This document shows, one piece after another, positions 60,583 through 64,000 of a DNA stretch of 64,000 nt. The position numbers were made by a program, and so were the translations under genes. Under the pieces are notes generated by a model, which saw nothing but the letters and a program-made list of their open reading frames with translations, searched no databases and was not told where the DNA came from. The stretch's first letter is position 1. The number at the start of each line of letters is the position of its first letter. Origin of the DNA: an uncultured Actinomycetota bacterium (GTDB taxonomy: Bacteria; Actinomycetota; Actinomycetes; JAHEKZ01); the NCBI GenBank assembly GCA_963829525.1, contig CAWHIJ010000003.1, forward strand, positions 2,112,001 through 2,176,000, in the 5' to 3' direction.

Positions 60583-61734
60583 CTAGCGATGGAGGCGGGC
60601 AGCGGAGTCACCGGCGAAGCGGGCTAACCCCAGGGATGCGACATCCGCAGCAACAGCGTCCGGGAGCGCCTTTCCCTCGACCAGGTCGGCGAGGACCTCA
60701 CCGAACATCGGCAAGAACTTAAAGCCCTGACCGCTGTCACCGCAGGCAACCACGACGTCACCGACCTGATCGATGATGAATCGGTCGTCAGCCGACTCGG
60801 TCCAGGCACAAACCTCCGAACGCACTGGTGTGGCGTCGAACGCGGGAAGCTCCAGGCGCACCCGTTGCACCGCCTCCGCTTCACGGGAGTCGTCAGGCTG
60901 TCTTTCGAAGTCAGACTCGGAAAAGGGTCGGATCGGCTCGTCAATCCCGACCTTGTAGCCGATGCCTGGAGTCGGCATTGCGTAGAAGCCGAAGGAAGCG
61001 CCGTCGGGCGGCACATCGACCAGGCAGGGACGGGCGGCCCAGGGAACACCGTCGCCACCCCTGACGTAGGTGACCTGTGCGAGGTTGGCCGTGAGCTGGA
61101 CCTCGATCCCAAGGCTCGCAAGCAAAGGCCGCGCCCAGGGTCCCGTCGCGACAACAACGCGATCGGCGACCCACGTGGTTCGGGTACCTGAGACGTCGGC
61201 GACGACTTCGACGCCCCCTGACGCGAGCGGCAACACCGCATGGACGGTGCCTTCACCGACCAGAGCTCCGCCGGATCTCCGAAGTCGGGTAAGGCAGGCG
61301 CGCAAGGAGTCATCGGCGCGGACAACCCCCGCCTCCGGCTGCCAGACCACAGTTCCATCGCCAGCCCAGCGCAGCTCTGGAAAGAGCTGGGCCTGGCGTG
61401 CCTGGTCGACCAGTTCGTGCTCGACTCCTTCGACAGCCAAGGCATGGGCGACGTCATCGGCTAGACCGCCACGCCAGAGCAGCCCCCGGGTCAATCGCAG
61501 TGGACGACCGATGTCGTGTTCGAGTCGGTTCCACAGATCGTGATTCCAGATGGCCATGCGCACGAAGTCGCGATCGGCATGCGCCAACCGGAAGATCCGC
61601 GTTGCCCCTGACGAAGAGGCGAACCGATGGCCGACGCTGAACCGGTCGACGGCGATCACTTCGTGACCTCGCGTGCTGAGCTCAGCCGCGGCCGAGAGCC
61701 CCATGACTCCCACCCCGATGACCACCACGCGCAT
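60583..61734 (-). CDS. FAD-dependent oxidoreductase, sarcosine oxidase/SolA-like
   Basis: GVGVMG, SSSGATRIFR, C.WT...D..FIID and SGQGFKF. Confidence 0.85.
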   Translation of the reverse strand: MRVVVIGVGVMGLSAAAELSTRGHEVIAVDRFSVGHRFASSSGATRIFRLAHADRDFVRMAIWNHDLWNRLEHDIGRPLRLTRGLLWRGGLADDVAHALAVEGVEHELVDQARQAQLFPELRWAGDGTVVWQPEAGVVRADDSLRACLTRLRRSGGALVGEGTVHAVLPLASGGVEVVADVSGTRTTWVADRVVVATGPWARPLLASLGIEVQLTANLAQVTYVRGGDGVPWAARPCLVDVPPDGASFGFYAMPTPGIGYKVGIDEPIRPFSESDFERQPDDSREAEAVQRVRLELPAFDATPVRSEVCAWTESADDRFIIDQVGDVVVACGDSGQGFKFLPMFGEVLADLVEGKALPDAVAADVASLGLARFAGDSAARLHR

Positions 61735-61796
61735 GCCCGAACTCTAGGACCACCCGCACCCTGCACGTCCCGGCCCTCCCCTGCGAGGATGCGGCC

Positions 61797-62354
61797 ATGG
61801 CCGATGTCTTCGTCCGCGCCGCCCGCCTCATCGACGCTGCCGGATTTGCCGCCGTGCAGCGCCGCAGCTGGCTCGACGCCGGACCCGAACTGCGACTCCC
61901 CCCACCACCGGACGCCGACCTGATGGAGCGTTCCTGGGAGAGAGCCGTGATGGCACCGCCTACTCAGCGGCATCATGTCTGGGTGGCGCTGGAGACATCT
62001 ACCGGCGCCGACGTCGTCGTTGGAGGTGCAGCGCTGGCACCAGCCTCCGACCCCGACCTTGACCCCACTAGTTGTCTCGAGCTGCTCGTCTTCACAGTTG
62101 ATCCCGCACACCGGGGCCACGGCCACGGGTCTCGGCTGCTCACCGCTGCCCTGCAGACCGCGACAGCAGCAGGCGAGCGTGAGGCAGTGGTCTGGCTGGC
62201 CAGCGGCCAAGACCAGCTGCGCCTGTTTCTGGAGTCAGCCGGATGGGCTGCAGATGGGGCACACCGAACGCTCGCCACCGAGGACGGCGACTCGAGTGCG
62301 AGCACGCTCCGACAGGTGCGGCTCGGGACTCTCCTGGAGTCTTCCGCTTCATGA
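61797..62354 (+). CDS. GNAT family N-acetyltransferase
   Basis: VDPAHRGHGHGSRLL acetyl-CoA motif and FLESAGW..DG. Confidence 0.85.
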   Translation: MADVFVRAARLIDAAGFAAVQRRSWLDAGPELRLPPPPDADLMERSWERAVMAPPTQRHHVWVALETSTGADVVVGGAALAPASDPDLDPTSCLELLVFTVDPAHRGHGHGSRLLTAALQTATAAGEREAVVWLASGQDQLRLFLESAGWAADGAHRTLATEDGDSSASTLRQVRLGTLLESSAS

Positions 62355-63058
62355 CCGACGAGCACCGATCCGTTCGCACCCAGTCTTGGGGGGTCGGCGT
62401 CGCGGTCGGCGCTTACGGGCTTGGTTTTGGTGCCCTGGCTGTCGCCAATGGCTTCACCGTTGCCCAAGCGATGGTGCTGAGCATATTCGTCTTCACCGGC
62501 GCGTCCCAGTTCGCACTCGTCGGGGTAGTCGGCGCCGGAGGCGCCGCTGCCTCTGGCGCGGTCGCTGCCCTGGCTCTCGGTTCCCGCAACGCCTTCTACG
62601 GTCTTCGTCTTGCTCCGCTGCTGAAGGTCCGTGGGTGGCGGCGCCTCTCGGCGGCCCAACTCACCATCGACGAGTCGACCGCGGTCGCAATCTCGCAGCC
62701 GACCGGCCAGCTGGCGCGCACCGGATTCTGGACAACTGGGATCGCTGTCTTCTTCTGCTGGAATGTCGCAACCGTCGCCGGAGCGCTTGCCGTCGACCAG
62801 GTCTCCGATCCGAGGGTGATCGGGCTCGATGCTGCAGTAGGCGCCGCCTTCCTCGCCCTGCTCTGGCCGCAGCTGTCAACGGCGGTCACACGCGCAGTCG
62901 CTGCTGCTGCGGCGACCCTTGCCCTGGTGCTGACGCCGCTGCTTCCCCCAGGCATACCTGTTCTGGCCGCCGCCGCCGTCGCCCTGGTAGTTGCATGGCC
63001 AGAACCACCCCACCCTGTGACCCAGCAACCAAGGTCACCGGACGTTTCCCATGAATGA
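62351..63058 (+). CDS. azlC: AzlC-family branched-chain amino acid exporter permease
   Basis: FTGASQFA, RNAFYG and IDES motifs. Confidence 0.9.
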   Translation: MTDEHRSVRTQSWGVGVAVGAYGLGFGALAVANGFTVAQAMVLSIFVFTGASQFALVGVVGAGGAAASGAVAALALGSRNAFYGLRLAPLLKVRGWRRLSAAQLTIDESTAVAISQPTGQLARTGFWTTGIAVFFCWNVATVAGALAVDQVSDPRVIGLDAAVGAAFLALLWPQLSTAVTRAVAAAAATLALVLTPLLPPGIPVLAAAAVALVVAWPEPPHPVTQQPRSPDVSHE

Positions 63059-63362
63059 ACTGTGGGCGGCGATCGCCGCAGTGGCCGTTGGGGGCTATGC
63101 GCTCAAGGCCTCGGGCTACTTCATTCCACAACGAGTCCTCGAGCGACCTCGCGTCACGCGCATTGCGCTGCTGACCCCCGTCGCACTGCTCGCCGCCCTC
63201 ACAGCTGTTCAGGTCTTCGGTGACGGAGAACGACTCGTGCTGGATGCCAGGGCCGCCGGCCTGGCGTATGCCGTCGTTGCCCTGCTGCTGCGCGCACCGT
63301 TCCTGGTGGTCGTCGTCGGGGCAGCGGCAGTCGCTGCCCTGGTGCGACTCATCGCCGGATGA
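63051..63362 (+). CDS. azlD: AzlD-family small subunit
   Basis: PVALLAAL..DAR..RAPFL; overlaps azlC. Confidence 0.88.
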   Translation: MNELWAAIAAVAVGGYALKASGYFIPQRVLERPRVTRIALLTPVALLAALTAVQVFGDGERLVLDARAAGLAYAVVALLLRAPFLVVVVGAAAVAALVRLIAG

Positions 63363-63378
63363 GCGGCAGGATGAGCTC

Positions 63379-63942
63379 ATGAGCCACTGGTACGCGGGTT
63401 GGAAGTTCTGGCCCGACCGCCCCAAAGGGCCGGTCGGTGAAGACTTCCGTCAGGTCAACTGGATCCGGCCATACCGGCCAGGACCGCCACGAGTCCTGCT
63501 GGCCCTGTTCGGCGTCCTGATCACGACCGCCCCGGCCTTCTTGTCTTTCTCGATCCTGCTCGGCGGCGGACCAGTGGCACCGCGCCTGGTGTACGCCACC
63601 GCCTTCGGGCTGCTCGCGGCCGGGCTGGCCATCACCATCACTCGGTTCTTCGCCGTCGGTGTCTACGTCAACGACGCCGGAGTTCGGATTCTGACGATGC
63701 GGGCAATGGCGGTGTACCCCTGGCGCCTGGTGACCGACGTGTCCACCGCATCGGGTAGGGGTGACCCGGACGCAGAAGGCGATCGCGTCGTCATCACCGT
63801 CCGCGACGTAGGACCCATTGCAACTCCGGTCCGGCGCCACAGCATGGACTTCATCGGGCGACCCGAGCCCTTCTCGATGGCCTCGTTGGCCATCGAACGC
63901 TGGTGGCGCGACGCTGGCGCGATGGGTCGGGCAGCAGGCTAG
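63379..63942 (+). CDS. Membrane protein with bacterial PH-like domain
   Basis: W.RPYRPGP.R, two TMs and GVYVN..GVR. Confidence 0.7.
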   Translation: MSHWYAGWKFWPDRPKGPVGEDFRQVNWIRPYRPGPPRVLLALFGVLITTAPAFLSFSILLGGGPVAPRLVYATAFGLLAAGLAITITRFFAVGVYVNDAGVRILTMRAMAVYPWRLVTDVSTASGRGDPDAEGDRVVITVRDVGPIATPVRRHSMDFIGRPEPFSMASLAIERWWRDAGAMGRAAG

Positions 63943-64000
63943 GGCGCCTCAAAACGCTCGATCGCCGTCCGCATCGCTGCACGCGCCCGCTTACGATCAC
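63939..64000 (-). CDS. 3' end of a probable TPR-like conserved protein (truncated by the window edge)
   Basis: DRKRARAAMRTAIERFEAP* resembles the C-terminus of the protein usually found downstream of dapB in actinobacteria. Confidence 0.5.
   Translation of the reverse strand, partial: DRKRARAAMRTAIERFEAP

Overview
High-GC actinobacterial chromosome segment. The backbone is conserved and mostly on the minus strand: nrdJ-nrdR-LysM/lexA-dinG-hflX-dapF-miaA-miaB ... recX-recA-DUF3046-lhr-clgR-cinA-pgsA-rimO-rodZ-ftsK-rnj-dapA-thyX. Accessory genes are interleaved: a large secreted repeat protein, ArsR/SRPBCC, arfB, an HxlR/methyltransferase/F420-LLM/CoA-ligase cluster, an amidohydrolase/polyamine-binding islet, a serA-like/DUF1015 pair, a DUF222-HNH nuclease, a Rieske oxygenase and an S9 peptidase. 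No rRNA, tRNA, CRISPR array or transposase was seen. Genes in about 9.9-17.2 kb carry many single-base frameshifts, most likely long-read consensus errors. There are three main leads. (1) A DUF222-HNH endonuclease driven by a PafBC-type promoter plus a LexA box, with a ~210-nt multi-stem untranslated leader and a 4x17-bp repeat directly after its stop. (2) A candidate riboswitch-like leader with two alternative folds upstream of a SAM-dependent methyltransferase. (3) A helically phased GGGG/DnaA-box-like array in the nrdR-nrdJ leader. All product calls come from motif recognition by eye; no database searches were run.
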